NCBI GenBank assembly: GCA_010093995.1 | Contig: ML992509.1 | Span: forward strand, 604,178 to 668,177 | DNA: 64,000 bases | Direction: 5' to 3' | Source of the DNA: Elsinoe ampelina | Taxonomy: Eukaryota | Shown here: piece by piece, positions 12,430 through 24,914 of the stretch | Position numbering within the stretch: position 1 is the first letter of the stretch | How the letters are laid out: each line of letters starts with the position of its first letter | The notes under the pieces: model-generated | The model's input: the letters and a program-made list of their open reading frames with translations, nothing else | Databases searched by the model: none | What the model was told of the DNA's origin: nothing | Translations under genes and position numbers: made by a program

Positions 12430-14718
12430 TCAATTCTCATCACCAAGCTTTTTGAGTTCTGCTATAAAGTCCTCGGCATTGACAAGCTCTGTGCTGCCGT
12501 AGATGATTCTCTTCTTCGCCCCTACCGCAGCCCCTTGCTGGCCATTCTTTGCCCAATCTTGAAGATTGCCGTACTCATCCATGCTTCCACCGCCTACTGT
12601 GAACACAATGGCCTCGTTGAAGCCCTGCCGTCGCTGCCCAAAACTGGCCTCGATACCTCGAGACACTTCTTTGCTCTGCGCTCCTGATTGCGGCATTGTG
12701 CCTCGCGCATTTGCACTTCGTGGGTCGAAGTAGAGGTAACCTTCAGTCTTTTGAAGTGCACTGGTACTTGCATTGGTTGGGTCCATGAGCGACTCGGCGA
12801 TCTTGGTGAGTGTCAGATCCTTGTTCGCAGGTAGAAAGTTCTTCACACCCGATATAAGATTCTCGAAATTGGAGCCTATACCAGCGTCTTTGAAACGATC
12901 TGTAAGTCCTTTTGAGAGAGAGCTGAAGCCGCGGAAAAGATCGTTGGATGCGGATTGTTGTTGCTGTGGTTGTGAAGGTGCCGAAGAGATCATGGTCATT
13001 CGTGTTATCTCGCGCACTCTTTGTGATCGTCAGTAAAGACATCGCTCAACAAATCCCGCCATCATACCTTTTGATATAGGCCAGAGGAGCAGTGTCGATA
13101 CCCGTCCTTTTTAACGACTCCTCATATCTCTCCATATCAGCTCTCGATACCTCTTGTTCAGTGGTCAAGAACCAGATGATGAAAATGCGGAGCTTGTCCA
13201 AAGGTTCTGTACCCTTGGCTGGGTCGTTCAGCAATTCGGTCATCTGCTGTTTGGTCTGCTTGGTTATGTTCTCCTCTAGCTGGAAGTAATTGTCGAGCTG
13301 GCGATCCTTGATACCCTGCAACAGAGCAGAAGCAATGTTCATGTGCATATCCAGTATACCCTTTCGTTCGCGAAGTTCTGGCAGGAGCGTTATTGCGGCT
13401 TTCAGATGTTGCGCCGAGGCATTGGTATCATTCTGTAGATCCTCGATCGAGTTGACGCCAGTCTTCTTTGTCACTTCTGACGCATCGTCTTTGTATCGTG
13501 TCAACTCCGCATCAATATCCTCTGCCACCTGTGGAAATGGTACTGGTGCGTTTCTCGCCCAGAAAAAGTCGTTTGACGTCAGATCGTAAGCGCGCTTGGT
13601 AGTTGACCCAGGTGCAGCTGCATCACCAGGCAACTCAACAGTGATCCTGTTCAATCTCATCTTCAGAACATCGTGAACAAGCGACTGATAGGTCCAGGAA
13701 TGTGAAAGCATCGGCACGAGGTCCACATTGCGATCGACGATGATGAGAATTGGCCGAGATGCTGGTGTGCCTGCACTCGTCCCTGACCGCGCATTCGCCC
13801 CTGAGAATAGGTTGTCTTTTGAATTGAGAATATGGTCACGTAGCTTGCGGTCCAACTTCGCAGCGATCATTTCAGCAGCACCACCTTTGGGACACCTGAT
13901 GATTGGTATTGACCCTGCCCGAAATTCAGCAGGAGACCTGTAAATTGACATCAGTATCCTTACCCATTGTTACTGCAACGCTGAACAGTCCGCTGACAAT
14001 GCGATCAATCTTTGCATCGAGCTCCTCATCACTCGTTTGCGCGCTGTTCATGGCCCAGTAGACATCTTTTCCCATGCCCAAACTGAACAAATTCGGCTCG
14101 CTGACGATGAAGTTCAAGTACTGGTCGTAGACTTGAGCAACGCTTTCTGCTGTACCACTGGTTGCGATTTGAGTCGCGAAGTCTTCGAGTAGAGGCCGAG
14201 GTATTGAAGAGAGGAAATTCACATATGCCGGCGAGTAGAGATTCTTGGATAGGTCGGAATTGATGAGACTAAGGTTCTCAGCGGTCGGCTCGAGCAGATA
14301 TACCACAGGTACGTCCGGGATGGCATGGCGCTGCGAATTGATATTGCTAGACAAATCAGCGATCGCACCCACGGGTTCCAGTGGCTACTCCTCACAGGTG
14401 GATGGTGACCCCCCAGGACCTCAGATCACTGACTCGTAGGACGCTGCTTATGACATCTCTTCCTAGGTTGTCGAACACCAAGACCTTCCAAATCGGCTCC
14501 CCGTCAGCGTTGAGGATCGGTGTAGTCTTGTGCGGTAGTCCATTGGTCTGGTTGTCCTGGACGGAGAGGGAATCTTGTTCGGGTACTTGATTTAGATTGA
14601 GTACTTTCTCGATGGAGACTGGGCGGACGAGGTCAGCTTCTAGCTACTTGCTGCTTGCGACAAGCATAGCTCGTGTACCTATCTGGCGGTCCCGCAGAGT
14701 CTGAGGGGGGTTGGACAT
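12430..14718 (-). CDS. SLY1: Sec1/Munc18-family vesicle-trafficking protein Sly1
   Basis: Multi-exon. [89 protein letters not shown]. Confidence 0.95.
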
Positions 14719-15722
14719 GCTGGTGGCTGCAGCTCAGCCGGGCTGCTTATTTCACCGCATGCGAGACGAACTGCAGGGTTATGGTTGCATTCGGAGCGTC
14801 GTTTTCTGGAAGAGTAGCTGCCTAGTATCTTCGACTGTTAAGCCCAGTATAAATTATTCGTGGACAAGTTTCTTCAACCTGTTTGGTGCCTGTCTTGCCC
14901 TGGCAAGCCTGGCTGGATGCGGTCGAAGCTCTCGGTCTTGGCAATCCGGTCCTTCAAATTCAAGCTTCACACTTCATTCACTTCTTCCCTTCCAAACAAT
15001 TCCCCTCTCTTCGTCTCACCAAGTTCACGTCATCAACAACACTTTACGTTCATCGGAAATCAAGTTTATAATATGACTCGTCCATGAGATGATCTAAATT
15101 GTGATGGAAGGCTCCATTGGGGCATCTTGAGTGGATGATCTACAAAGGACACAGCATTGCGACCGTGATTGTGGGCAGAGGCGTTGTTTGGGCTGTGAAA
15201 AGGCCGTCGACAACGTACCTGAGCTCCTATTGACTGCTCGTAATTTGTCTCTATTCTAAAGGCCATTGGGCATTACAGAGAAGACAGAGCTGTTGAGGCC
15301 TATCACAACCTCAAGGTTGTCGTGCCTTTACACTGCGAGCCACATTGTCGTGTGGCAGAACAGGAGCAAAGTCCTCAAAGGCAACTCCAACTAGCATACT
15401 CTCATTCTGTCCGCAAGGATAAACCAGAACACAAACTGTGTCGCGAAACACAGAGACTCGACACTGCCGGACAGTACACACAAACGACGTCGGCATAAGC
15501 AAAATCCTTTTGAATCATCATCTCGGGCGTGGTGGACAGGCTGAGGGTGACACAGTCTCGGCCAAGGAGCTCTCATTCTCGCTGCACCTCCATTTCGCGT
15601 CCCGCGAGCCTTCGTTGCTTTTCTTCTCTCCACGTACGCTTTCGGAATAGCTTCTCGCACGGGCCACATCACATCCGTCCGCGCCCGCGGCCCAACTTGT
15701 GTGATTTTGGACCCCTGAAATC

Positions 15723-18700
15723 ATGGAAGGGCATCAAAATGCTCACGCTGCGAATGCGGTGCAGCAACAGTCTGCACAAAATTTAGATGGCATCTCAAAT
15801 GGATTGAATTGGACCAATTACCTCGACTATCCTGTCGATCAATCAAATAATGGCTACGATCCAAATTGGGCATTTAACCAGCCCGAACATGCTGCCACTT
15901 CCACCTCCCAGTCTATGCCGGTGTACAACAATTGGCAGCAGTCATCCGTCACGGATCCCATGCTGGATCCATACAGTCGCCAGTATTCGAGGAGCCCCGC
16001 GGCACAACAATCGTCCACATATTCTTCTGATTTCCACGACCCACGACGCACTCAGACCTCTTCCGTGTACGACCCGGCCTTGACCACCTCTACCTTTCAA
16101 AATCAACAACAACTTTATCCAAGTGCATCAACGTACCCACAACAGGTCTCGAGCAGTGCGACGATTGCACCGAATGCTCTCGACAATGGTGCTCAACGCG
16201 CCGTCACGCCACAGCGATCATTCGCCTCACAGCCACCAATTGACCAGAAAGCTTTGCTGGCAAGGTTACCACCGGGCAAAGATGCCGGACTGTTCAGCGT
16301 CGTGGATTATAAGCAATTGTCACAGCTCACTGGCTCAACACGTCTCCAAGGATTCGTCAATATCGGCCAGCAAGACTTCGAGTACCCCATCAACAGAACA
16401 GTCATACCATCAGTGACGGTACGTAGATCAAGAAACGAGTTGAGAAAATTGGCCGCCGAAGATCCCAGATTGTTGGCGAAGCTTGGTAGCAAGATTCTCA
16501 AAAAGTCCGCCGGCATTCCGAAGGTTAAAAGAGAAATCAAGCTACAAGCCAGCTCCACAAAGCTTGTGCAAACTCCAGCTGGCCTCAAGACTGAAGTCGT
16601 CTCCTCTGATGAGGAGTCAAGTTCGGAGACTGACTCGTCGGATTATGACTCGGATGATGAACCGGATGAGCCAAGTCCTCTCCCTGCAAAGAGAGATGAC
16701 GAAGACATGAAGGCATGCATCCGGTATGACTCGATCAAAGCCCTCTGGCGTCCCAAACGTCGAGTGTTGCACACGAACTCTATCAAAGCTGGTCTGAAGG
16801 ATTATTGGGAAATCGTTCGTACAATCCGTGATAGATGGAAGGCCGACACAGCAGCGCTGAAAGAAGCGGAGGAGAAAGGAAGAAACAGTGAGCTGCCACT
16901 CCTCAAGAGCAGAGTCAAAGATCAACGCGACATGATGCAAGTCGCCTTCAAAGCAGCTGTCGAACATGGCCATCGCAGCATATTGGAATTGTCCAGCGAG
17001 AATCTCCCATTCTTGTTGCTGTGCATGCAGTTCTTGCAAGACAGGTCCGCGAAAGACGATGCCAACGGACCGCTCGCCAGATCCATCTTGGAAATATTGT
17101 CCATGTGCATCACTCTTACTGAGGAGAAGGTGGTCAAGACCCACTTGCGCAAGATGCTCCCACGATACGCCAAGAAGGGTGACACCAATACTCAAGCACT
17201 GGTCACGAAGATAGAAAACGCCATCAAAGATGGTACCAAGCAAGCTGCCGAGGAGCAAAAGGCAAGCACACCTGGGAAAGATTCAAAACCACAATCTCCA
17301 GTGGCTGAAAAGCCGATACCTGTGGCAAAGACGGCACCGCCAGTCGCCGGCGTGAAGCGCTCATTGCCTGCCGGATCATCGACAAGTCAACCTGCGAAGA
17401 GAGTCGCTAGCGGGGGATCATCGACAATGGCGACAAAAGTTGAGCCCGCAAAAGCTGGTCTGTTGGCAAAGAAACCTGTTATCGCCGCCAATGGAACTGC
17501 GAAATCTGCAACTCCCGCGGCCGCACCAGTCGTCAAGACTAAGATGACCGTCTCAAAGCCGTCCAGCTTCTTCAACGCGATGCAATCAACAGCAAAGAAG
17601 CCGGCTCCTGCCGCCAAGCCTGCTGCGACTTCAGTTCTTGCCAATGCCCTCAAGCAGGTCGAGAAGAAGACTGCACCAACCGTGACCGGCGCAGTCGCTC
17701 AAGCCAAGGCGGAGCAAGCAGCGAAATCGGCCTTCTCTTTTGCTGGAACCATGGCCAATTTGTCCAAGCCAAAGGACAAAGCGCCGTCGCCCAAACCCGA
17801 ACAGGAGTCTGCACCTGAAACACCTGAGCAGAGGAAAAAGAGGTTACGCAAGGAGGCCCGCCGTGGCTTGAGAGTCACATTTAAGCCTGATAGCTCCATT
17901 GAGGAAGTACGAATCTTCACCCACGATCCAGATGAAGAGCTCGGACATGATGCCAGCATGACTCGCGACGTTGGTGACGTTGGTGGTGAAGGTCGTATGT
18001 TCAAGCAACACAAGGACATGATGGACATGGATGAAGAAGAGGATGGACCTGGAGAAGAAGATCTCAAGCCCTGGAGAGAGCCTGGCAGGATTGAGCTGGT
18101 CGACGTGCCCGACGACAACTACGAGCAGTATGGAGGAGCGCAGAAGGTGGACTCGCCCGAGAAGAAAGCTCGCGAGGATCATGACGCCAACGTTCTCTTG
18201 GTCTTTTACGCTGACCGCAACGACATACCACCAAGTCCCAAGGAGCCTGTTGAAGACATTGACATGACTGATACCGCGGAGATCAAGGAGTTCGGAAAGG
18301 CTTCGGGGAACGTTGCTGACCGTGATCAGAAATTGAGATCAAGCTCAAGATCGTCACAGCAGAGCAACGGCGGTCAGGCTGTCAGCTCCGACGTTGCCTC
18401 AATCCTGGCTGCTCTAACTCCCCAAGCTCAGCAACCACAGCCGGCCCCTGCAGCTAGTAACAATCTGCAGCAACTCTTGGCGCAGCTCACGCAGTCACAA
18501 CAGCAACCAGCACAAGCAGCAGCACTGCCACCTCCGCCTCAGCCAGTGGCACTTCCACCGAATTTTGCCAACATATTTGCGGGGCTTGGCCAGACTCAAC
18601 CGCAGCAAGCTGCCGCCCCTCCACCTCCGCCACAGGGACAGAATCCGGCAGACTTTGCAGCACTGTTTGCTGCGCTGCAGCAGAATCCTGGTGGACCGCC

Positions 18701-19037
18701 ACCTCCACCAAACTTCGCGGCACTAGGCAATGGATTCCCAGTCCCGCCCCCGGGCTTTCCCTTTCCAATTCCGCCGCCACAGCAGCAAGCCCAACAGCAA
18801 GGCCAGCAATATCCTTTCGAGAATGAGGAGCGCCGACGCTGGCGGGAGCAGCAGGAACAGGGTGGCGAGCAGCCAGGGAACCAGCAGCAGGGCGGCCAGC
18901 AGCAGTGGAACCAGAACCAGAGCCAGAATCAGAACAAGAAAAAAGGTGTGTCAGATAGGAGATTTACCCAAGCATGCAGGTTCTGGCCGTTAGGCAAGTG
19001 CCACAAAGGAACCGCATGTACGTACCGTCACGAGTAG
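15723..19037 (+). CDS. PNUTS/Ppn1-like nuclear PP1-regulatory protein (TFIIS-N-like region, RVxF motif, C-terminal CCCH zinc finger)
   Basis: 1104-aa single ORF. LRVTFKPDSSIEEVRIF is an RVxF PP1-docking motif with downstream hydrophobic residues. Terminal CRFWPLGKCHKGTACTYRH is a CCCH finger. The orthology is an inference. Confidence 0.75.
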   Translation: MEGHQNAHAANAVQQQSAQNLDGISNGLNWTNYLDYPVDQSNNGYDPNWAFNQPEHAATSTSQSMPVYNNWQQSSVTDPMLDPYSRQYSRSPAAQQSSTYSSDFHDPRRTQTSSVYDPALTTSTFQNQQQLYPSASTYPQQVSSSATIAPNALDNGAQRAVTPQRSFASQPPIDQKALLARLPPGKDAGLFSVVDYKQLSQLTGSTRLQGFVNIGQQDFEYPINRTVIPSVTVRRSRNELRKLAAEDPRLLAKLGSKILKKSAGIPKVKREIKLQASSTKLVQTPAGLKTEVVSSDEESSSETDSSDYDSDDEPDEPSPLPAKRDDEDMKACIRYDSIKALWRPKRRVLHTNSIKAGLKDYWEIVRTIRDRWKADTAALKEAEEKGRNSELPLLKSRVKDQRDMMQVAFKAAVEHGHRSILELSSENLPFLLLCMQFLQDRSAKDDANGPLARSILEILSMCITLTEEKVVKTHLRKMLPRYAKKGDTNTQALVTKIENAIKDGTKQAAEEQKASTPGKDSKPQSPVAEKPIPVAKTAPPVAGVKRSLPAGSSTSQPAKRVASGGSSTMATKVEPAKAGLLAKKPVIAANGTAKSATPAAAPVVKTKMTVSKPSSFFNAMQSTAKKPAPAAKPAATSVLANALKQVEKKTAPTVTGAVAQAKAEQAAKSAFSFAGTMANLSKPKDKAPSPKPEQESAPETPEQRKKRLRKEARRGLRVTFKPDSSIEEVRIFTHDPDEELGHDASMTRDVGDVGGEGRMFKQHKDMMDMDEEEDGPGEEDLKPWREPGRIELVDVPDDNYEQYGGAQKVDSPEKKAREDHDANVLLVFYADRNDIPPSPKEPVEDIDMTDTAEIKEFGKASGNVADRDQKLRSSSRSSQQSNGGQAVSSDVASILAALTPQAQQPQPAPAASNNLQQLLAQLTQSQQQPAQAAALPPPPQPVALPPNFANIFAGLGQTQPQQAAAPPPPPQGQNPADFAALFAALQQNPGGPPPPPNFAALGNGFPVPPPGFPFPIPPPQQQAQQQGQQYPFENEERRRWREQQEQGGEQPGNQQQGGQQQWNQNQSQNQNKKKGVSDRRFTQACRFWPLGKCHKGTACTYRHE

Positions 19038-19713
19038 GGATCTGACATGGCCTAGATAAGGCGAAGAAGAAGAAAGGCAAAAAGGTATGCTTTCGCTGGC
19101 GAGAGAAGGGGAAGTGTTCGTTTGGTAGCGATTGTACATATGCACACGACAATGGCAATGTGGGGCTGGAGTATTAGCATCGAGTCGATTTCGGCGAAGA
19201 GCAGTAATCGGCATGGATTTCATGGCATATTGTAGCGTACTCGCATCGCTTCGCATCAGGGAGGTCGCAGAGCCGCTGAGCTCGTTTCGGGGGGCCAGGT
19301 GCCTCATAGTTACAACGAATAGCAAGACCGGCAGAGAATACTAGCTTTTGCACACCTAATATCTTCACATCTCCATCTGATCTTTGTCGTCGAGTCATGC
19401 CCCGCCTCTCCTGTCCCTCGCCCAGCCGCAACATCAGCCGAACTGTGGACTCTGGCCCAGCGTGCGAAAGTTGCCATTGGAGATTTTCCGAAGCAACAAC
19501 ATGTGGCCGCCCGCCGCCCGCTGGGTATGGCGGCACCAATGGCATGATCGACACTCAGCAATTCGATAGCTCGATGGGAAGCAACTAGCACGTGGCCGCG
19601 GGTAGTATATAATAATATCTGAATCACCTCACCTCCCTTCCCAGCACAGCTTTATTCCCAACTCCTCCTACCCCTCCATACACTCCAAGCCACAGCGCCC
19701 CTCCCCAACCAGC

Positions 19714-21249
19714 ATGGCCGACTTCACCACCCACGACGCCAAACAAGTCCTCCCCATCATCATCTCGGACGTCCCCCAGCCCATCGACGCCACCACCCGC
19801 ATAATCCCCGTGCACAACTCGCTCCGCGCAGACCCAGTGCACTACTTCGCCACCACCACACCAGAACAATGCACCTCAGCCGTGACCGCCGCATGGACGG
19901 CCTTCCAACACGGCACGCCCTCGACGGGGCCCTGGAAACGCGCCCCAGCCTCCTCGCGACGCACCATCCTCCTCCGCGCCGCCGACCTCTTCGAAGCCCG
20001 CCGGACGGACCTCGTCGCGCTGCAACGCCTCGAGACCTCGTGCGACGAGACATGGGCCAACATGAACGTGACCCTCGCGGTCGCGTACGTGCGGGAGATC
20101 GCGGCGTGTGTCTCCCACGTCGTCGGCAGTATCCCGCCCATCGACAAGCCCGATACCATGGCGTTTGTGTACAGAGATCCCGTGGGGCCGGTGCTGGTCA
20201 TACCGCCTTGGAACGGGGCGTTGGTGCTCGCGGGTCGGGCGGTGAGTAGTGCCATTGCGGCGGGGTGTACGGTTGTTATGAAGGCTAGTGAGTTGAGCCC
20301 CGGGTGTCATGCGGCGATTTGGAAGGTTTATAGAGATGCGGGGTTGCCTGCGGGCGTGTTGAATGTGGTGTGTTCGAGGAGGGAGGGCGCGGCGGAGGTC
20401 ACGGAACGCATGATTGCGGATGAGAGGGTGAGGAAGATTGAGTTTATTGGGTCTGCCGCCGTGGGGAGGGTGATTGGTGCGACGGCCGCGAAGTATCTCA
20501 AGCCTGTGTTGATGGAGTTGGGGGGCAAGTGTCCGGCTGTGGTGTTGGATGATGCGGATGTGGGGAGGGCGGCCGTGTTGTGTGCCAAGGGCGCGGTGAT
20601 GAATCATGGGCAGATTTGCTTCTCGACCGAGAGGATTATTGTTATGAGGAAGGTGGCGGACGAGTTTTTGGCGAAGATCAAAGGGGTGGTGGAGAGTACG
20701 GATGCTGGGTCGGCGGTGAGTGAGGGGATTGCGAAGCATGCGGTGGAGGTGCTGGAGGATGCAAAGGGGAAGGGGTGTGAGTTCTTGACTGGAGGACCGG
20801 AGTTGGGGAAGGATAACAGGATGACGCCTAGTTTGGTGATTGTGGATCCGAAGGCTGGGAAGGAGGAGGTGAGGATCGTGGATGAGGAGACCTTTGGACC
20901 GTCTGCGAGTATCTACATCGTGGATACTGAGGAAGAGGCGATTGAGCTGGCAAACAGATCTGCATATGGTCTAAACGCCACTATACACACGACCAACTTG
21001 GAACGAGGTATCAAGGTTGGTCGGGAGCTAGAGTACGGTCAGGTGCACATCAACAGCATCACGGTCTTTACGAGTGGTAAGTCAAGACTGTCTCCGAACG
21101 ATCACACAGACTGACTTCGTACAGCCACTGGACCACAAGGTGGGAGATCAGGCAAGTCTTCTGGCTGGGGGAGGCAGAATGCCATGTGGGGCCTGAACGA
21201 ATATCTGGATGAGAAGTTTATTACCTACCACGGCAAGAACTCTGGCTAA
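19714..21249 (+). CDS. Aldehyde dehydrogenase (aromatic aldehyde/vanillin dehydrogenase-like)
   Basis: PWN, KASE, FIGS, MELGGK, GQICFSTERI (catalytic Cys), EETFGP, YGL. Intron ~21077-21124. Last exon SSGWGRQNAMWGLNEYL ends at TAA 21247-21249. Confidence 0.93.
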
Positions 21250-21333
21250 ACGATATGAAATCTCATTATGTTGTACATATCTCCACAAGAAATAGATTAC
21301 GTGCTCATTACCTTCGTGCTTCCTTCCCCTTCT

Positions 21334-23028
21334 TTATGCATCTTCCATTACCAATCCTGCCTCCCTCAGTGCCCCCAGATCCCCCTCCCTGACTGCCTTG
21401 ACAGCTGCTTGGCTCAATCGCCTTCTCTTCTCCATCGCTTCCTTTTCCCTCCTTGCTTTCGTCTTGCTACTCCCGCTAGGCGCGACCCCTGTCAACAACT
21501 TCTTGCTGTCATCAGGCGTGAAATTCACGAACCCGGCAAGCTGACCAGACTTGCCTTCCTTGCGTCTAGAAGCTCGTGACCCAGATGACGACGACTCGTT
21601 TGATGGACCTGGCCCTGACTTGGTACGACGATGATGCTTTCCTGTACCTCCCCGCGAGGCCGATCGCATGCGGCGAGCTGTGAGGTCCTCTCCATGTTGC
21701 GTCGGCAGTTCGGACGCTGCCCGATGATGAGAAGGACGGATTGGCTGAGGGCGTGTTTCTCGTTTAGGACTCACTGAGCGACCTGAGCGGTAAGGTAGAC
21801 TAAAGTTCGGCACAGTACTCGTAAACGTGTTCGTGCGAGGCGAGACATTGGCGCCGGTCATCAAGGGTGTCTGTGATGACATGATCGCATTCGTCGTGTA
21901 GTCTGTTGGAAAGCCAAATCCCAATTGTGGCTTGAGCAGTGGAGCGCTCATAACTGCCTGTGGTGGTACACTACGTAGTGCAGCTGCATTCAATGCCAGA
22001 GGTGGAGGCGGCGTGGCGTTTGCTTTGGTCCAGGGATTGAAGCTTGGTGGCGTTGGAATATCAAAATCAGTCAAGCTCCTTCGCCGATCGTATATGGACC
22101 GCTGCAGGTTTCCGTGAAGGGTATTCGTGTTGAAAGCTATGGCTTCGTCGTTGTAGCCACTTATCCAGCCGTCTCCCAGTGGCTGACCGAAATAATTATC
22201 CTCAAGCGGGGAAGAAAATGGCGAATGGGCTGCTCCGTTCGGTACAAGGAAAGGATCTGCAAAGTCTTGAGAATGCGAAAAGGTCTGTCGTTCAGCCACG
22301 TCAAGTCCGAGACCTTGAGGCGGCACGAAAGAATCGTTGGTCTCCGTGGATGTTGGTGGTGATGGCGGATGCCGCATATTCCACCTCTTCCCAATGACAG
22401 GAACAGGGGGAACATTGGCCTGCGCTTGACTCAACATCTCTTCGAAACTGGGCCTGTATCTTGACTGATTCATCATGTTTGGAGTTGACTTGGTATGTCT
22501 GAGTGATTTTCGTACTCCGGATGGATTTCTGCTCCTACGAACGCTTCCCTGTTGTGCTCCAGTCTTTGTTCGTCCTCTCACTTCTTCAATGAATACTGGA
22601 GAAGCTGGAGCGTATGGAGGCGATGGGAAGCCAAAATGGTCAAAGTGTCGATAAGTTTCGGGAATGCTTTTGCTGGTGGGTAATCGTGGCTCAGCAGATT
22701 GCAATGTTTGCGATTCGGTATCCTCCAGAGATGTCAGGGCCCTCTTCCAGAATTCATCGGCGTCCAGAAAGGCAGGGTGAGGTTCCGTCAGAAGCTTGAT
22801 TTCAGATGTTCCAGAAGAGTGCGTCCGCTGACTTGCACTATCAAGGAGATCCTCGAAGAGTTCGTCAAAGCTTGATGTCGGATGAATTGAGTCGTCCCAG
22901 GGGTTGACATTCTCAAGAGACCCTCCGTCTGGACAGCTTTGAAAGCCGTCGTCATGTTTGCTGGCCCACGATGTTCCTTTGTCCCTAGTCCGGATCGGGA
23001 AATTCATGAGTGCTCCTTGTGAGGCCAT
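21334..23028 (-). CDS. wetA: Developmental regulator WetA
   Basis: C-terminal FVNFTPDDSKKLLTGVAPSGSSKTKARREKEAMEKRRRLSQAA is the conserved ESC1/WetA domain. The remainder is Ser/Pro-rich. Confidence 0.88.
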   Translation of the reverse strand: MASQGALMNFPIRTRDKGTSWASKHDDGFQSCPDGGSLENVNPWDDSIHPTSSFDELFEDLLDSASQRTHSSGTSEIKLLTEPHPAFLDADEFWKRALTSLEDTESQTLQSAEPRLPTSKSIPETYRHFDHFGFPSPPYAPASPVFIEEVRGRTKTGAQQGSVRRSRNPSGVRKSLRHTKSTPNMMNQSRYRPSFEEMLSQAQANVPPVPVIGKRWNMRHPPSPPTSTETNDSFVPPQGLGLDVAERQTFSHSQDFADPFLVPNGAAHSPFSSPLEDNYFGQPLGDGWISGYNDEAIAFNTNTLHGNLQRSIYDRRRSLTDFDIPTPPSFNPWTKANATPPPPLALNAAALRSVPPQAVMSAPLLKPQLGFGFPTDYTTNAIMSSQTPLMTGANVSPRTNTFTSTVPNFSLPYRSGRSVSPKRETRPQPIRPSHHRAASELPTQHGEDLTARRMRSASRGGTGKHHRRTKSGPGPSNESSSSGSRASRRKEGKSGQLAGFVNFTPDDSKKLLTGVAPSGSSKTKARREKEAMEKRRRLSQAAVKAVREGDLGALREAGLVMEDA

Positions 23029-23189
23029 GGTTCTTGCTGTGAGGAGAATATTGGGCAGCGACAAAGAGCAAAAGAAGTGTGCTCCGAACCTCTTTGCGAC
23101 TTGCGACAGGCCGAGGGATTGCGATGCAGTAGAGTAATCTATCTGTATGAGTTTGCAAACACGGGCGTCTCGTTGCTCAGCAGTGCAAA

Positions 23190-23213
23190 GGAATGCGGAT
23201 GGTGCCTGGAATG
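23190..23213 (-). promoter_or_regulatory. Two CATTCC (AbaA/TEA-type CATTCY) sites upstream of wetA
   Basis: GGAATG at 23190-23195 and 23208-23213 on +, i.e. CATTCC on the wetA strand, ~160-185 bp before the ATG. Confidence 0.5.
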
Positions 23214-23683
23214 AGGACTACCACGTGCCGTCTCCATCTTGTGTGGCTCAGGACCTTCGGACCAATACCTGAGGTGTTAGCAGATGCCACCGATGCATCG
23301 AATACTCCTGTATGGAAGAGCCCCGGTCATAAGCTACGAGTGCTATACTCATCGATACCTACCGAAGTCGCCGTGGAGACGTCATGGTCTGACATCGGAC
23401 ACGCATCGCTGCAGCAGTCATCAGAAAGCGCCTTCGCGGCGCGGGCTGCACAAGTATGTAGCTAGCCACTCAACAATATGAGGTTCAAGATTTGTGATGC
23501 TCAGAGCAGGTCGATGTTGTGGTCGAGATCGCCTCGGGTGCAGAAAATGACATCATGCACGATCTGGCAAAAGCTTGAGGTCAATGATGAAGCCAACCAC
23601 GCCGATCCGATTTACATCTCGTGAGATCTCCTTACAATCTACTCCCCCTACCTTCCAAATCCCCCTCCACCAAACCAGTCAAC

Positions 23684-24690
23684 ATGGCCTCTCTACGAAT
23701 TGTTCAGCGAGCAGCGCGAGCTGTCCCTCGAATCTCGCGACCTTTATCGACCACCTCGGCGAGATGGAATGTCAACGATCGCAAGAATGATACTCAGGAA
23801 ACGTATGAGAAGATACAGAAAGAGAAGCCACTCAATCCGCACATGACCAACACCACATCGACCATCGCCAACGAGATGCCCAACATTGGCAAGGACGCGG
23901 TTCCCCCAGAGCTCATCACCAGCGTGGACCCAAACTTTGTTCCCAAAGACTCCGTCCCTGAGAACACTGAAAGGATGACGGGTGGTACTCAAGCGCCTGC
24001 ACCAACCGAGGGTGTCAATGCGGATCTCGATGTAGGTGAAATCGAAGGAGGATCTTTCCGTGTTGAGCCGTTGCGAAGAGTAGGCGAGGACGTACGGACG
24101 ATGCGGGCTAGACTTCTATGTTCGTCCACATACCGAGAAATAATCTTCCAAGTATTGGACAGACGCTGACTATCGTGCCTACAGATCAATGCCGGAAAAG
24201 GGGGACGCTAGAGAGCGATTTACTCCTCTCTACTTTTGCCGACGCCAACCTTCAACACATGTCTCAGGAGCAATTGCAGCAATTTGATCTTTTCCTTGAC
24301 GAGAACGATTGGGATATTTATTACTGGGCAACTCAAGAACCGTCTCCTACCTCTCAAGAATACGCCGAAGGCGCAGGACCTGATCTTGCCACAAAAGCGG
24401 CTCAAGGTAAAGCACCTCCTGAGTTTGCAGACCAACGCAAGCGAGAGCCTGCAACTGGCGAGTGGGCTCAGACTGTGGGTACCTTCAAGCCTGCATACCG
24501 ACCCGTACCAAAGAGATGGAAGGAGTCGGAGATTCTCAAGTTATTACGACAGCACGTGGTCGATCGCAGCGCAGGTGGCGTTTTGAATGAGGGTGTCAAG
24601 GACACAGAACGCACAAGAAACCAGGCTGGCCAGAGCAGTAGCGGTGGGGGTCTTGGTCGCATGCCAGACCTGAAGAACTTTGATGCGTAG
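23684..24690 (+). CDS. SDH5: Succinate dehydrogenase assembly factor 2 (Sdh5/Emi5)
   Basis: [24 protein letters not shown]...[12 protein letters not shown]. Intron ~24120-24185. Mitochondrial presequence-like N-terminus. Confidence 0.93.
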
Positions 24691-24914
24691 AGCGGACAGG
24701 CAAATACAATTCTGTTGTACATGAAAGCGCGAGCATGCGTATTTGTTGAGGTGGATTGGAGGTATACTAACAGAGCGTGGGTCGTGGTTTCCTCGCAGTA
24801 CTACGGGAGCAGTCTTTAATGATACCGTAAGTATATTCCTCTTCTGTTGTCAACATCGTCATTCTCATCTCAACATCTTACAATATCTTTATTCTGTCAC
24901 ATCTCATCATCAGT

